DNA of 46,753 bases, from assembly GCA_022821935.1 (NCBI GenBank), contig JAJECR010000192.1, positions 1 through 46,753 on the forward strand. The letters run 5' to 3'. The stretch is from Candidatus Latescibacterota bacterium (lineage in GTDB: Bacteria > JAAXHH01). The notes under the pieces are model-generated. The model was given only the letters and a program-made list of their open reading frames with translations. It searched no databases and had not been told where the DNA came from. Shown piece after piece: positions 29,835 through 39,367 of this stretch; position 1 is the stretch's first letter, and the number at the start of each line of letters is the position of its first letter. Both the position numbers and the translations under genes were made by a program.

Positions 29835-30845
29835 ATGGCGCTGATGGAAATCGAACCCGGTATCAAGGTCGCGGGGCAGATGTCCCCCGAACCGACACGA
29901 GAGGACCTGGAGTTCGCCCAACAACTGGGCATTGAGTACGTCTGTCTCTGGACGGACGGCGAACATGCCAACTACGACTATTTCATGAGCCGCCGGGAAA
30001 TCTACGAGGAAGCCGGTATCAAGATCTACGGTTTCGGGAACAGCGACGTGCATAACCAGGACGCGATCGTGCTCAATCTGCCGAACCGGGATGCGAAGGT
30101 GGAGCAGTACAAGCGATACATACGCGACCTCGGCAGGGCGGGCATTCCCTATACGACTTACGCCCACATGGGGAACGGGATCTGGAGCACGGAGCGGGAG
30201 ACCACCCGCGGCGGCGCGCCGGCCCGGGGATTCGACCTCGCCAGTGCAGAGGAAGGTCACTGGGGCGGGCGGCTGTTCAGGATGCCACTGACCCATGGGC
30301 GGGCGTACAGCAAGGACGAGATCTGGGACAATTTCGCCCATTTCATCGGGGAAGTCTCGCCCGTCGCCGAGGAAGCGGGCGTCCGGATCGGCATTCATCC
30401 CGACGATCCGCCCCAGCCGGAACTCGGCGGCATTCCGCGTTGCATTTTCAGCAGTTTCGAAGGATACTACCGCGCCATGGAAATCGCCGACAGTCCGAAC
30501 GTGGGGCTCTGCTTCTGTATCGGCTGCTGGCTCGAAGGCGGATCTCTGATGGGCAAGGGCGTGGAGGAATCGCTGCGTCACTTCGGCAAGCAGGGCAAGG
30601 TCTTCAAGGTCCACTACCGGAACGTGGACCAGCCCCTGCCCCATTTCGTGGAGACCTTCATCGATAACGGTTACTTCGACATGTACCAGGCCGCGCGGGT
30701 GCTGGAGGAAACCGGCTTCTATGGGGTCATGATCCCGGATCACATCCCCGAGATGGCGGGAGACGGCCGGATCGGCTACGCCTACTCGATCGCTTACATG
30801 AAGGCGCACGTGGACCGGGCGCGGGCGGAGTGCGCAGCCGCGTAA
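29835..30845 (+). CDS. Mannonate dehydratase (UxuA)-family / xylose-isomerase-like TIM-barrel enzyme
   Basis: AAGGAG lies 6 nt upstream. 'IHPDDPP', 'GIPRCIFSS', 'GLCFCIGCW', 'FKVHYRNV' and 'MIPDHIPEM' follow the UxuA-family pattern as I recall it. Confidence 0.7.
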   Translation: MALMEIEPGIKVAGQMSPEPTREDLEFAQQLGIEYVCLWTDGEHANYDYFMSRREIYEEAGIKIYGFGNSDVHNQDAIVLNLPNRDAKVEQYKRYIRDLGRAGIPYTTYAHMGNGIWSTERETTRGGAPARGFDLASAEEGHWGGRLFRMPLTHGRAYSKDEIWDNFAHFIGEVSPVAEEAGVRIGIHPDDPPQPELGGIPRCIFSSFEGYYRAMEIADSPNVGLCFCIGCWLEGGSLMGKGVEESLRHFGKQGKVFKVHYRNVDQPLPHFVETFIDNGYFDMYQAARVLEETGFYGVMIPDHIPEMAGDGRIGYAYSIAYMKAHVDRARAECAAA

Positions 30846-30883
30846 GACCGTTCCCCGCCCAGCCGCGGAAGGACCGGCGCGTC

Positions 30884-31768
30884 ATGAACGAACTGGACGA
30901 TTTCCTCACCCATCTGCTCATCGAGCGGGGGCTGTCACCGAACAGCTACGAGGCGTACCGGCGCGACCTGACGTCCTACCGTGGCCACCTGGACAGGCGG
31001 GGTGTTTCTTCCTTTTCCGACGCGACCCGGCAGGACGTCCAGGGATTCATCGCTTCCCTGCGCCGCCGCGGGCTCGCCCCTTCCAGCATCGCGCGGCACG
31101 TATCGGCTGTGCGGATCTTCCACCGTTTCCTCATCGGCGAAGGACTGGCCACGGCGGATCCGACCGAACACGTCAGTGTACCCAAGCAGCCGCGCCGCCT
31201 GCCGGTCGTCCTGAGCCGCCAGGAGATCACGGCGCTGATGGAACTGCCGGATCATACGACTTCGCTGGGTCTGCGCGACCGGGCGATCCTCGAATTCATG
31301 TATGCCACCGGCCTGCGCGCATCCGAACTCCTGGACTTCCGGCGTCCCGATCTGCTCTTCGATTCGGGTCTGGCGCGCATATTCGGGAAGGGCGGTAAGG
31401 AGCGCCTCGTACCGGTGGGCCGGCAGGCAATCAACGTGATCAGGAACTACCTGCACAAGGTGCGGCCGGTCCTCGCCTCGCCGGACAGCGGGGAGATTCT
31501 CTTCCTGAACGCCCGGGGTCGCAGGCTGTCCCGCATGGGACTGTGGAAGATCCTGGACACCTACGTGGAACTGGCCGGCATCGAAAAGAAGGTCAGTCCC
31601 CACACGATGCGCCACTCCTTCGCCACCCACCTCCTGGAAGGCGGCGCCGACCTCCGGGCCGTCCAGGAAATGCTGGGGCACGTGGACATCGCCACGACGC
31701 AGATCTACACCCACGTGGACCGCGAATACCTCAGGGACATGTATACCCGTTACCATCCGCGGGGGTGA
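30884..31768 (+). CDS. xerD: Tyrosine recombinase XerD (XerC/XerD family)
   Basis: 'LSPNSYEAYRRDLTSY', 'LRDRAILEFMYATGLRASEL', 'GKGGKERLVPVG' and 'HTMRHSFATHLLEGGADLRAVQEMLGHVDIATTQIYTHV...YHPRG' carry the R-H-R-Y catalytic residues. The internal ATG at 30884 is used. Confidence 0.85.
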   Translation: MNELDDFLTHLLIERGLSPNSYEAYRRDLTSYRGHLDRRGVSSFSDATRQDVQGFIASLRRRGLAPSSIARHVSAVRIFHRFLIGEGLATADPTEHVSVPKQPRRLPVVLSRQEITALMELPDHTTSLGLRDRAILEFMYATGLRASELLDFRRPDLLFDSGLARIFGKGGKERLVPVGRQAINVIRNYLHKVRPVLASPDSGEILFLNARGRRLSRMGLWKILDTYVELAGIEKKVSPHTMRHSFATHLLEGGADLRAVQEMLGHVDIATTQIYTHVDREYLRDMYTRYHPRG

Positions 31769-33367
31769 TCAGGAAGATGCGCTTCCGCGGAAACGTGAGG
31801 TAATGCTGCCCGCCAGGGCCGCCGCGACGACGGCCAGCACGCAGCAGAACAGGGCGAACACGTCCCCATATCGGGTGTAGAACGTCGGTCCATTCCGGTT
31901 GGGATGTACGTTCGCGACGGTGGTCGTGGCGACCATCATCGGCGTAGTGCCGTAGACGGCGCCGGTGGAGGAGATGAACCCGGAAATGCCGGTATTCGCC
32001 GCGCGGATGATCGGGGTGCCGTTTTCCACGGCGCGCAGCACCGCCATGGAGAAGTGCTGGGCGGGCGCGGAAGTCGTCCCGAACCAGGCGTCATTGGTCA
32101 TGACCACCAGCACGTTCGCGCCGTCCAGGGGAAACCGCCGGACCAGGTCCGGGAAGATGGATTCGTAGCAGATGACCGTGCCGATGTGCATGTCGTAGCC
32201 GGTGAGCGGCATCACGGTCAGTTCGTCCCCGGGCGTGAGGTCGCCGATCGCGCCGGTCAGCCCGGACAGAAAGGAGAACAGGCTTGGAAACGGCAGGTAC
32301 TCGCCGAAGGGCACCAGGTGCATCTTGCTGTAGGAACTCACGATGCCCCGTTCAGGCAGCAGCAGAAAGGCGCTGTTGTAGGTGCCGGTCTCGCCTGGCC
32401 GGTAGCCCAGCGCGCCGGTGAGCACCGGCACCCCCGCTTCTTCGGTCAACGCGTGAACCTGTTCGGTGTATTCCTCGAACACAGGACTCTCCAGCCAGAA
32501 CGTCATCGCCGTCTCGGGAAACACGATGAATTCGGGATCCTGCGGCAACACCGATCGGGTCAGGTCCCGGTATACGTCCACGGTCCGCTGGTAGAGCGAC
32601 TCGGACCACTTTTCGCCCTGTTCCTTGCTTCCCTGGACGACAGCCACCTTTACCGGCGGCGTCATACGCTCCAGGATACGGGCCTGCGAAATCGACCACC
32701 AGCCGTACCCCGTCGTGCTGATCAGGGCGAAACAGGACAGCGACATGGCGAATACGGGCGCCCGCCAAGAGGTCCTCTCGCGCAGTGCAATGAAGACCAT
32801 GGCCATGGTCGCGTTCAGCAGCATGACCAGGAAGCTGACACCGTACACGCCCGTATATTGCGCGATCTGTATGACGGGCAGGGCCTGGTGCTGGGAGTAA
32901 CCCAGCAGTTCCCACGGGAACCCCGTAAACAGGTAGGTCTGTATGTACTCGAGGGCAGTCCAGAGCGCGGCCGCGAACAAGGGGAACAGGGGTGATTTCC
33001 AGCTGGTCCGGGCCACGAGTATCCCGAACAAGAAGGCGTACAGGCCCACCACCGCAGCCACGCCCGCCATGCTGACCAGCCCCAGCGCGAGGTTCAGACC
33101 GCCGTAATTCATGACGGTCTCCATGATCCAGTATACCTTGGCGACGCCTGACACGAACGCGAAAGCCAGGGCGATCAAAACCACCCTTGTCAAGGAGCCG
33201 GAACGGCCCGCGTCGTGCAGCGCAATCATGACCGGCACAAAGGCGATCCAGGCCAGGGGCCACCAGTCGACCTTGGGTATGCTGAGGAAAATGAACAGGG
33301 CGGAACAGAGCGCGAGACCGTAACCGGCGATGGGTGATGAGGCGTGGAGGCGTTGCGACAGGGGCAT
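31769..33367 (-). CDS. lnt: Apolipoprotein N-acyltransferase
   Basis: A multi-TM N-terminal half is followed by a CN-hydrolase domain ('VKVAVVQGS', 'VFPETA', 'GTVICYESIFPDL' with the catalytic Cys). 532 aa. Confidence 0.9.
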   Translation of the reverse strand: MPLSQRLHASSPIAGYGLALCSALFIFLSIPKVDWWPLAWIAFVPVMIALHDAGRSGSLTRVVLIALAFAFVSGVAKVYWIMETVMNYGGLNLALGLVSMAGVAAVVGLYAFLFGILVARTSWKSPLFPLFAAALWTALEYIQTYLFTGFPWELLGYSQHQALPVIQIAQYTGVYGVSFLVMLLNATMAMVFIALRERTSWRAPVFAMSLSCFALISTTGYGWWSISQARILERMTPPVKVAVVQGSKEQGEKWSESLYQRTVDVYRDLTRSVLPQDPEFIVFPETAMTFWLESPVFEEYTEQVHALTEEAGVPVLTGALGYRPGETGTYNSAFLLLPERGIVSSYSKMHLVPFGEYLPFPSLFSFLSGLTGAIGDLTPGDELTVMPLTGYDMHIGTVICYESIFPDLVRRFPLDGANVLVVMTNDAWFGTTSAPAQHFSMAVLRAVENGTPIIRAANTGISGFISSTGAVYGTTPMMVATTTVANVHPNRNGPTFYTRYGDVFALFCCVLAVVAAALAGSITSRFRGSASS

Positions 33368-33632
33368 CGGGGACTTCTCTGAGGTTGGACTTCGCGTATT
33401 TACGTGACAGGAATCAACACATTTGCCCGATGCCTGTCAACTTCAAGTAGTGGTTTGTGTCCAGCGCCCTGTGTTTCAAAGGGGTTGACCGTACACGGCG
33501 GCGGCGTCTACATTTCTGTCGTCGGCTGGAATGAAGAGCCGGTCAACCAGGTTGGCGCGGCGGTACCGGCCGGACGACAGGTTTCCGGGGGATAGCGGTA
33601 TCCATGTATTTTTCGAGAAGTAACGCTACGTT

Positions 33633-34646
33633 GTGCCCGTATGCGAGGAGGCCCCAGATTTGGACCCATTGCGAACGGCCGTAATCGGTGTAGGCCGGCT
33701 GGGCGAAGCTCATGCACGGGTGCTGGCGGACCTGCCGGGTATACATCTCAGCGGCGTGTATGACATTCGCGGCGAGCGGGCCGAGGAGATTGCCCATCGC
33801 TACCGCACTAGTGCCTACGGCGGCCTGTCCGAACTCGCAGGGGACGCCGACGCCGTCACCGTGGTCGTGCCCACCACCGCCCACTGCGAGGTGGCTTCAT
33901 ACACGCTGTCCAAGGGTCTGCATACCTTCGTGGAAAAACCGATCGCCGCGACCGTCGAAGAAGCCGAACGCCTCGTCGAACTGTCGGAGTTCCATCGACG
34001 GGTACTTCAGGTCGGACACATCGAACGGTTCAACGGCGCCTTCCGGGCCCTGGAAGGAACGGACGTATCTCCGGGGTTCATCGAGTCGCACCGCCTGGCG
34101 TCCTTTGACCCAAGGGGAACGGACGTGTCCGTGGTCCACGACCTGATGATCCACGATATCGACTTGATCCGTTGCCTGGTCCGGTCGGACCTGGAAAGGG
34201 TGGACGCCACCGGGGTCGCGGTGATATCAGACCAGGTGGATATCGCCAATGCCCGGTTGCAGTTCGTCGACGGCTGCGTAGCCAACGTCACGGCCAGCCG
34301 CGTATCCCTCAAGCAGATGCGCAAGATGCGGGTCTTTCAGCGCGACCACTACATTTCGATCGATTTCCTGAAGGGCGAGAGCGAGATTTACCGGCTGGTC
34401 GACGAGCCCGGACCGGGCAGGATCCGGGGATTGAAGATTCCCATAAACACCGGCGACGGCCGCACGAGGCACATCCTGCGCCAGAAGACGGCGAAGGACA
34501 GGACCGAGCCGTTGAAGGCGGAACTCGCCTCCTTCGCCGACGCCGTGCGGGACGGGTCTCCGCCGCCGGTGACCGGCCGCGATGGCCTGGAAGCCCTGCG
34601 CGTCTCTCTGGCGGTGATCGATCAGATCGAACGAGGGCAACGGTAG
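33633..34646 (+). CDS. Gfo/Idh/MocA-family NAD(P)-dependent oxidoreductase
   Basis: Rossmann N-terminus 'RTAVIGVGRLGEAHARVL', plus 'VVVPTTAH' and 'FVEKPIA'. The start is uncertain: GTG at 33633, or TTG at 33660, which has GAGGAG 9 nt upstream. Confidence 0.85.
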   Translation: MPVCEEAPDLDPLRTAVIGVGRLGEAHARVLADLPGIHLSGVYDIRGERAEEIAHRYRTSAYGGLSELAGDADAVTVVVPTTAHCEVASYTLSKGLHTFVEKPIAATVEEAERLVELSEFHRRVLQVGHIERFNGAFRALEGTDVSPGFIESHRLASFDPRGTDVSVVHDLMIHDIDLIRCLVRSDLERVDATGVAVISDQVDIANARLQFVDGCVANVTASRVSLKQMRKMRVFQRDHYISIDFLKGESEIYRLVDEPGPGRIRGLKIPINTGDGRTRHILRQKTAKDRTEPLKAELASFADAVRDGSPPPVTGRDGLEALRVSLAVIDQIERGQR

Positions 34647-34659
34647 CACGAATCACGAC

Positions 34660-35229
34660 ATGGACCTACGCGCCAGCGTTTTCGCAGCCCGAAGCTATAC
34701 GCCTATTCCATTGCTCATCGCCGTGCTGATCATGGCGGAATCGAGCGTCCTGACTTTCGTGGGCGGCGGGCTGCTGGTCGTCCTCGGGGAATCCATTCGC
34801 CTTTGGGCGGTCGGCTACGCCGGCTCCGCGACCCGCACCCGCCACGTCGGGGCGCCCTCGCTCATCACCAACGGCCCCTATGGCCGGGTACGCAATCCCC
34901 TCTACGTGGGTAACTTCATCCTGAGTCTCGGCCTCTGTGTCATGGCATGGGCCTGGATGCCGTACATGCTCGGGATCTTCCTGGCGGCCTTCGGGATACA
35001 GTACGGGCTTATCGTATCCCTGGAGGAGGAGAGTCTGCGGAAAACTTTCGGCGAAGCGTACGACGCCTACGCCGAAGCCGTGCCCCGGTTCTTCCCTCGT
35101 CTCACCGAGTATGCGGGGGACGAACCGGCGCCCTACGACTTCGCCGCCGCCCTGCGCAGCGAAAGACGGACCTTCCAGTCCACGGCCGTGGTGGTGGCTG
35201 CCCTCGCCGCACGCTGGTACTTCGGCTAA
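34660..35229 (+). CDS. Isoprenylcysteine carboxyl methyltransferase (ICMT/PEMT)-family membrane methyltransferase
   Basis: Multiple TM helices. 'LITNGPYGRVRNPLYVGNF' is the family motif. Confidence 0.8.
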   Translation: MDLRASVFAARSYTPIPLLIAVLIMAESSVLTFVGGGLLVVLGESIRLWAVGYAGSATRTRHVGAPSLITNGPYGRVRNPLYVGNFILSLGLCVMAWAWMPYMLGIFLAAFGIQYGLIVSLEEESLRKTFGEAYDAYAEAVPRFFPRLTEYAGDEPAPYDFAAALRSERRTFQSTAVVVAALAARWYFG

Positions 35230-35251
35230 TCGGAAAGAGGAGGGCCCGGTT

Positions 35252-35698
35252 TCAACGAACCAGGCGCGCGCCGCGCTTACGGTCACCGGCCTGCCCCGAT
35301 CTCGTAAAACGCAACGGACCGGAACCCATGCCGTTCCCATTATGCGGGCGGGAGGCAGGGGGCGTCTCGGGATTGGATGGCGGCGGCACCGGAGGATCAA
35401 GCGTTTCGTCGGGGACATCAGCGGCCTGTGTTTCCTCCGGCCGCTTCTGCACGCTGACTCCGGCGGCCCCCTGCAGGAGGCTGAGGACCGCGACGAGTAA
35501 TACGAGAAGGACGACCGGCCACCACGGGATTCTGCCCAAAACCCGCAACAAGTCCGATTCAGGCTGGAAGAACAGCCCATACAGCAGGATGGGGCCGAGT
35601 ATGACTAGCAGGGATACCCCGGCAATGCACACGATCTGCGACCAGGCCGGGTTGCGCTGGAGAAACCGGGATATGCCGGAGGTGTTGATCTTCCGCAT
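35252..35698 (-). CDS. Hypothetical membrane protein (two predicted TM helices plus a Pro-rich tail)
   Basis: ATG with AGGA 10 nt upstream. Hydrophobic stretches IVCIAGVSLLVILGPILLYGLFF and WWPVVLLVLLVAVLSLL. No family recognised. Competing ORFs here are antisense or run-on artefacts. Confidence 0.4.
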   Translation of the reverse strand: MRKINTSGISRFLQRNPAWSQIVCIAGVSLLVILGPILLYGLFFQPESDLLRVLGRIPWWPVVLLVLLVAVLSLLQGAAGVSVQKRPEETQAADVPDETLDPPVPPPSNPETPPASRPHNGNGMGSGPLRFTRSGQAGDRKRGARLVR

Positions 35699-35934
35699 CA
35701 GACGTCTGTCCTTTTAGAACATGGTGCATTAGCACTCATCAGTTTATCCACTCTTTCACCGGGGTGGATGCACGTATTTTCGGCTGGACGAACCCACTTT
35801 CCCGGCTATGCCGTGGTTCCTCCAACGCCCGGTCCTTTCAGCATAGCGTCATCCCTTGTGCTAGACGTTACAACTATTTCGAATGCGTTGCGGATTGACG
35901 GGCCGCCGGGAACGTCTGAAGCCGCTCATATTCC

Positions 35935-35963
35935 TTGACAAACCCCTGGCGGTGGCCTACTGT
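35935..35963 (+). promoter_or_regulatory. Candidate sigma70 promoter for hisB (TTGACA-17 nt-TACTGT)
   Basis: TTGACAaacccctggcggtggccTACTGT. The track ORF 'start' at 35935 is the TTG of this -35 hexamer. Confidence 0.4.
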
Positions 35964-36030
35964 AACACGTCGATCTGATGGCCACTGTTCTGGAAACAAC
36001 CCGTACCTTGACACCGACGATGAGGATTAC

Positions 36031-36618
36031 GTGCCTCGCACCGCCAGCATAACGCGCGAAACGCTGGAAACCCGTGTCGAGTTGACCCTCAACCTGGACG
36101 GCGAAGGCGCACTATCCGGCGAAACCGGCATCGGTTTTTTCGATCACATGCTGGCCAGTTTCGTCAAGCACGCGGGTTTCGACCTCGCCCTCTCCTGCAC
36201 CGGCGACTTGCATATTGACGATCACCACACGGTGGAAGACGTGGGGATCTGCCTGGGGCAGGCCTTTGTCCGGGCTATCGGCGACGGGTCGGGCATTACG
36301 CGTTTCGGCCATGCCTACGCGCCCCTGGACGAGGCGCTGGCCCGGGCCGTCTTCGACATCAGCGGACGGGCGCACCTGGAATTCGACGCCGAATTCTCGC
36401 GTTCCTCGGTCGGCGATTTCAGCACTGAAATGGTACGGGAGTTCTTCGGAGCTTTCGTCCATCACGGACGCGTAACCCTGCACGTCAGCCTGCTCGCGGG
36501 CGTAAACGCCCACCACCAGGTCGAAGCGGTCTTCAAGGCTGCAGCCAGGGCACTGCGCCAGGCCGCAGGTATGGATGACCGCGTGTCCGGGGTACCGTCC
36601 ACCAAGGGCAGTCTTTAG
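36031..36618 (+). CDS. hisB: Imidazoleglycerol-phosphate dehydratase
   Basis: 'RETLETRVELTLNLDG', 'GIGFFDHML', 'DDHHTVEDVGI', 'DEALARAV.DISGR' and 'GVNAHHQVEAVFKAAARAL'. A GTG start at 36031, after GAGGA, gives a typical 195-aa HisB. Confidence 0.92.
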   Translation: MPRTASITRETLETRVELTLNLDGEGALSGETGIGFFDHMLASFVKHAGFDLALSCTGDLHIDDHHTVEDVGICLGQAFVRAIGDGSGITRFGHAYAPLDEALARAVFDISGRAHLEFDAEFSRSSVGDFSTEMVREFFGAFVHHGRVTLHVSLLAGVNAHHQVEAVFKAAARALRQAAGMDDRVSGVPSTKGSL

Positions 36619-36737
36619 CCGCCTGACCAGGGACGCGGCCAGCAGGATACTCGGAACGCAGACCACGTATCTACGTCGTATATACTGGTCCAGACGTTAC
36701 AACGAGAAATGTACCTACATAGCATACGCGGGTAGTC

Positions 36738-37781
36738 ATGCACATTGATGAACTGGACACGCCGGCCTATACGGTCGACCTGGACGTGATGGAGCGGAAC
36801 ATCTCGTCCATGGCCGAACACTGCCGCAATCTCGATATCGCCCTCCGATGCCATACTAAAAGCCACAAGATCCCGGAAATCGCCCACCGCCAGGTCGAAG
36901 CCGGCGCGATCGGCATCTGCTGTCAGAAGCTCGGCGAGGCGGAAGTCATGGCCGCCGCGGGCATCGAGAACATCCTGGTCCCCTACAACATCGTGGGCGC
37001 CCGGAAGGTCGAACGCCTGACCCGCGTCGCCAGACGTACCGAGATCACCGTGGCCTTGGATGACGACATCACGGCACGGGGCATTTCGGACCGGGCACTG
37101 CAGGACGGTTGCCGGGTCAACGTGATCATCGAACTGGATACGGGCACGAAGCGATGCGGCGTGCAGTCACCCGAAGCGGCGGCCGAACTGGCCGAACGCA
37201 TCACGGACCTGCGCGGCCTGACATTCAAAGGCGTCATGATCTTTCCCAGCCATCCCGAGGCAAAGGGCTTTCTGCGGGAAACCGTGGAGCGGATCACCGA
37301 AAAGGGCATACCCATCGAGATCATCAGCGGGGGCGGCACCGGCGGCGAGGAAAACTCCAAAGCCATGGGGTGCACGGAGACCCGCAGCGGTTCCTATATC
37401 TGGGAGGGGATGAGCCGCATCGGGAATTCCGGCATGCTCAACGCCGAACGCTGCGCCTGCCGCATGATCGTTACCGTGGTGAGCGCCCCGACGCCGGACC
37501 GCATCATCATCGACGGCGGCATGAAGACCTTCGCCAGCTATCCGCCCACGCCCTACGGCCACATCATCGAACATCCGGATGCGGAGATATACGGGATGTC
37601 CGTGGAACACGGTCACGTGGACGTATCCCGCTGCGCCCACCGGTTCAAGGTCGGCGAGCGCCTGTCGGTGATTCCCCTGCACCAGGAGATGGCCCTCAAC
37701 CTGCACGACGAACTCAACGGCGTGCGGGGAGACCAGGTGGAAGTGATCTGGCCCGTCGCCGGCCGGGGTAAAGTGAAATAG
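36738..37781 (+). CDS. D-threonine aldolase / D-serine-dehydratase-like (DSD1, alanine-racemase-fold) PLP enzyme
   Basis: 'LDTPAYTVDLDVMERNI' and 'LRCHTKSHKIPEIA' (PLP lysine, compare RPHxKTHK). The C-terminal beta-domain has 'GMSVEHGHV'. Confidence 0.8.
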   Translation: MHIDELDTPAYTVDLDVMERNISSMAEHCRNLDIALRCHTKSHKIPEIAHRQVEAGAIGICCQKLGEAEVMAAAGIENILVPYNIVGARKVERLTRVARRTEITVALDDDITARGISDRALQDGCRVNVIIELDTGTKRCGVQSPEAAAELAERITDLRGLTFKGVMIFPSHPEAKGFLRETVERITEKGIPIEIISGGGTGGEENSKAMGCTETRSGSYIWEGMSRIGNSGMLNAERCACRMIVTVVSAPTPDRIIIDGGMKTFASYPPTPYGHIIEHPDAEIYGMSVEHGHVDVSRCAHRFKVGERLSVIPLHQEMALNLHDELNGVRGDQVEVIWPVAGRGKVK

Positions 37782-37808
37782 CCGCCAGCAAACCGGAAGG
37801 AGTGCTTG

Positions 37809-39353
37809 ATGTCCGTAACAAAGGTAAGGGAAGTCTGGCAAAGCCGCATGGGCCTGATCATGGCCATGGCGGGCAACGCCATCGGCCTGGGCAATTTCCT
37901 GCGGTTCCCCGTGCAGGCCGCCGCGAACGGCGGCGGGGCTTTCATGATCCCCTATTTCGTCGCCTTCCTGGTCGTGGGCATCCCCATGATGTGGGTGGAG
38001 TGGAGCGTCGGCAGGTTCGGCGGGAAGCACGGCCACGGCACCACGCCGGGCATTCTGTATCGCCTGTGGAAGCATCCGGCGGCCAAGTACATCGGCGTGC
38101 TGGGCATCGCGGCGCCGGTCGCCTTCGCCCTCTACTACTCCTACGTGCAGTCGTGGACCCTGGCCTACAGCTTCTTCTCCCTGACCGGCCAGTACTTCGG
38201 CATCAGTTCTCAGGAGGAGATGGGCGCTTTCCTTAGCAGCTTCCAAGGCATCACCGAGAGTTCCCACTTCAGCGGTCTCGGCACCGCGTACATCTTTTTC
38301 GTGATCAACCTGGGCATCGTGTTCTGGGTACTGTCCCGCGGTGTGGTCCGGGGCATAGAGACTCTGGCCAAGTTCGCCATGCCCATGCTGCTGGTCTTCG
38401 CCATCATCCTGGTCGCACGGGTGTTTACCCTGGGCACACCGGACCCGGCCTTTCCGGACCGCAGCGTCATGGCCGGTTTCGCCTGGATATGGAACCCGGA
38501 CATCAGCCGCCTGTCCGAAGCCAGCGTATGGCTCGCGGCCGCGGGACAGATCTTCTTCTCCCTGGGCATCGGCATCGGCAGCATGCAGTGTTACGCGAGT
38601 TATGTCCGCGCCCGGCAGGACGTGGCCCTGACCGGATTGACGACCTCCATGAGCAACGGGTTCGCCGAGGTCGTACTGGGCAGTTCCATCGCCATCCCGG
38701 TGGCCGTGGCCTTCTTCGGCGTCACCGCGACCGAGGCGATCGCGACGGGCGGCTCCTTCGACCTGGGCTTCCAGTCCATGCCGCTGATCTTCCAGCAGCT
38801 GCCCTTCGGACAGTTCATAGGCATGCTCTGGTTCGGCCTGCTGTTCTTCGCCGGGATCACCTCGACCGTTGCCCTGACCCAGCCGCCCATGGCCTTCCTC
38901 CAGGACGAGATGGGATGGTCGCGCAAGAAGGCCGCGCTACTCGTTATTTCCGTCCTGTTCATCTTTGGGAACTTCATCGCCTTCCACATCCAGCACGGCG
39001 TGATCGATGAATTTGATTTCTGGATCGGGACGGTGGGACTGGTCGTCTTCTCTTTCCTCGAAATCATCATCTTCGCCTGGATCTTCGGCATGGACAAGGC
39101 CTGGGACGAGATCACCGAAGGCGCGGCGATCAAGATTCCCCGCATATTCTACTACATGATCAAGTACGTCACGCCCGTCTCGCTGGCGATCCTGCTGGTC
39201 GTGTGGACCTACCAGGCCGGATTCGACCTGCTCCTGCTGCGGAACGCCGACCCCGTGGACATCCCCTATCTGCTGCTCACCCGCGGGATCATCGTGGCAC
39301 TGATTCTGGTTGGGATTTTCCAGGTGCGGCGCGTTTCGAAGAACTGGGACTGA
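37809..39353 (+). CDS. Sodium:neurotransmitter symporter family (NSS, LeuT-like) amino-acid transporter
   Basis: 'MAGNAIGLGNFLRFPVQAAANGGGAFMIPYF' is the NSS signature. About 11-12 TM helices. AAGGAG lies 6 nt upstream of the ATG at 37809. Confidence 0.9.
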   Translation: MSVTKVREVWQSRMGLIMAMAGNAIGLGNFLRFPVQAAANGGGAFMIPYFVAFLVVGIPMMWVEWSVGRFGGKHGHGTTPGILYRLWKHPAAKYIGVLGIAAPVAFALYYSYVQSWTLAYSFFSLTGQYFGISSQEEMGAFLSSFQGITESSHFSGLGTAYIFFVINLGIVFWVLSRGVVRGIETLAKFAMPMLLVFAIILVARVFTLGTPDPAFPDRSVMAGFAWIWNPDISRLSEASVWLAAAGQIFFSLGIGIGSMQCYASYVRARQDVALTGLTTSMSNGFAEVVLGSSIAIPVAVAFFGVTATEAIATGGSFDLGFQSMPLIFQQLPFGQFIGMLWFGLLFFAGITSTVALTQPPMAFLQDEMGWSRKKAALLVISVLFIFGNFIAFHIQHGVIDEFDFWIGTVGLVVFSFLEIIIFAWIFGMDKAWDEITEGAAIKIPRIFYYMIKYVTPVSLAILLVVWTYQAGFDLLLLRNADPVDIPYLLLTRGIIVALILVGIFQVRRVSKNWD

Positions 39354-39367
39354 AATGAAGAACCGAC

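Noticed and set aside
30884-31768. Tyrosine recombinase as the integrase of a mobile element
   Set aside because: The sequence is XerD-like throughout (AYRRDL, GKGxKERxVP, ...TQIYTHV..HPRG). G+C is normal. It sits among housekeeping genes (lnt), with no flanking att-like repeats or cargo genes.
35935-36030. 32-codon N-terminal extension of hisB starting at TTG 35935
   Set aside because: That TTG is part of a TTGACA -35 hexamer. HisB homology begins at ..TASITRETLET. The GTG at 36031, preceded by GAGGA, gives the canonical ~195-aa protein.
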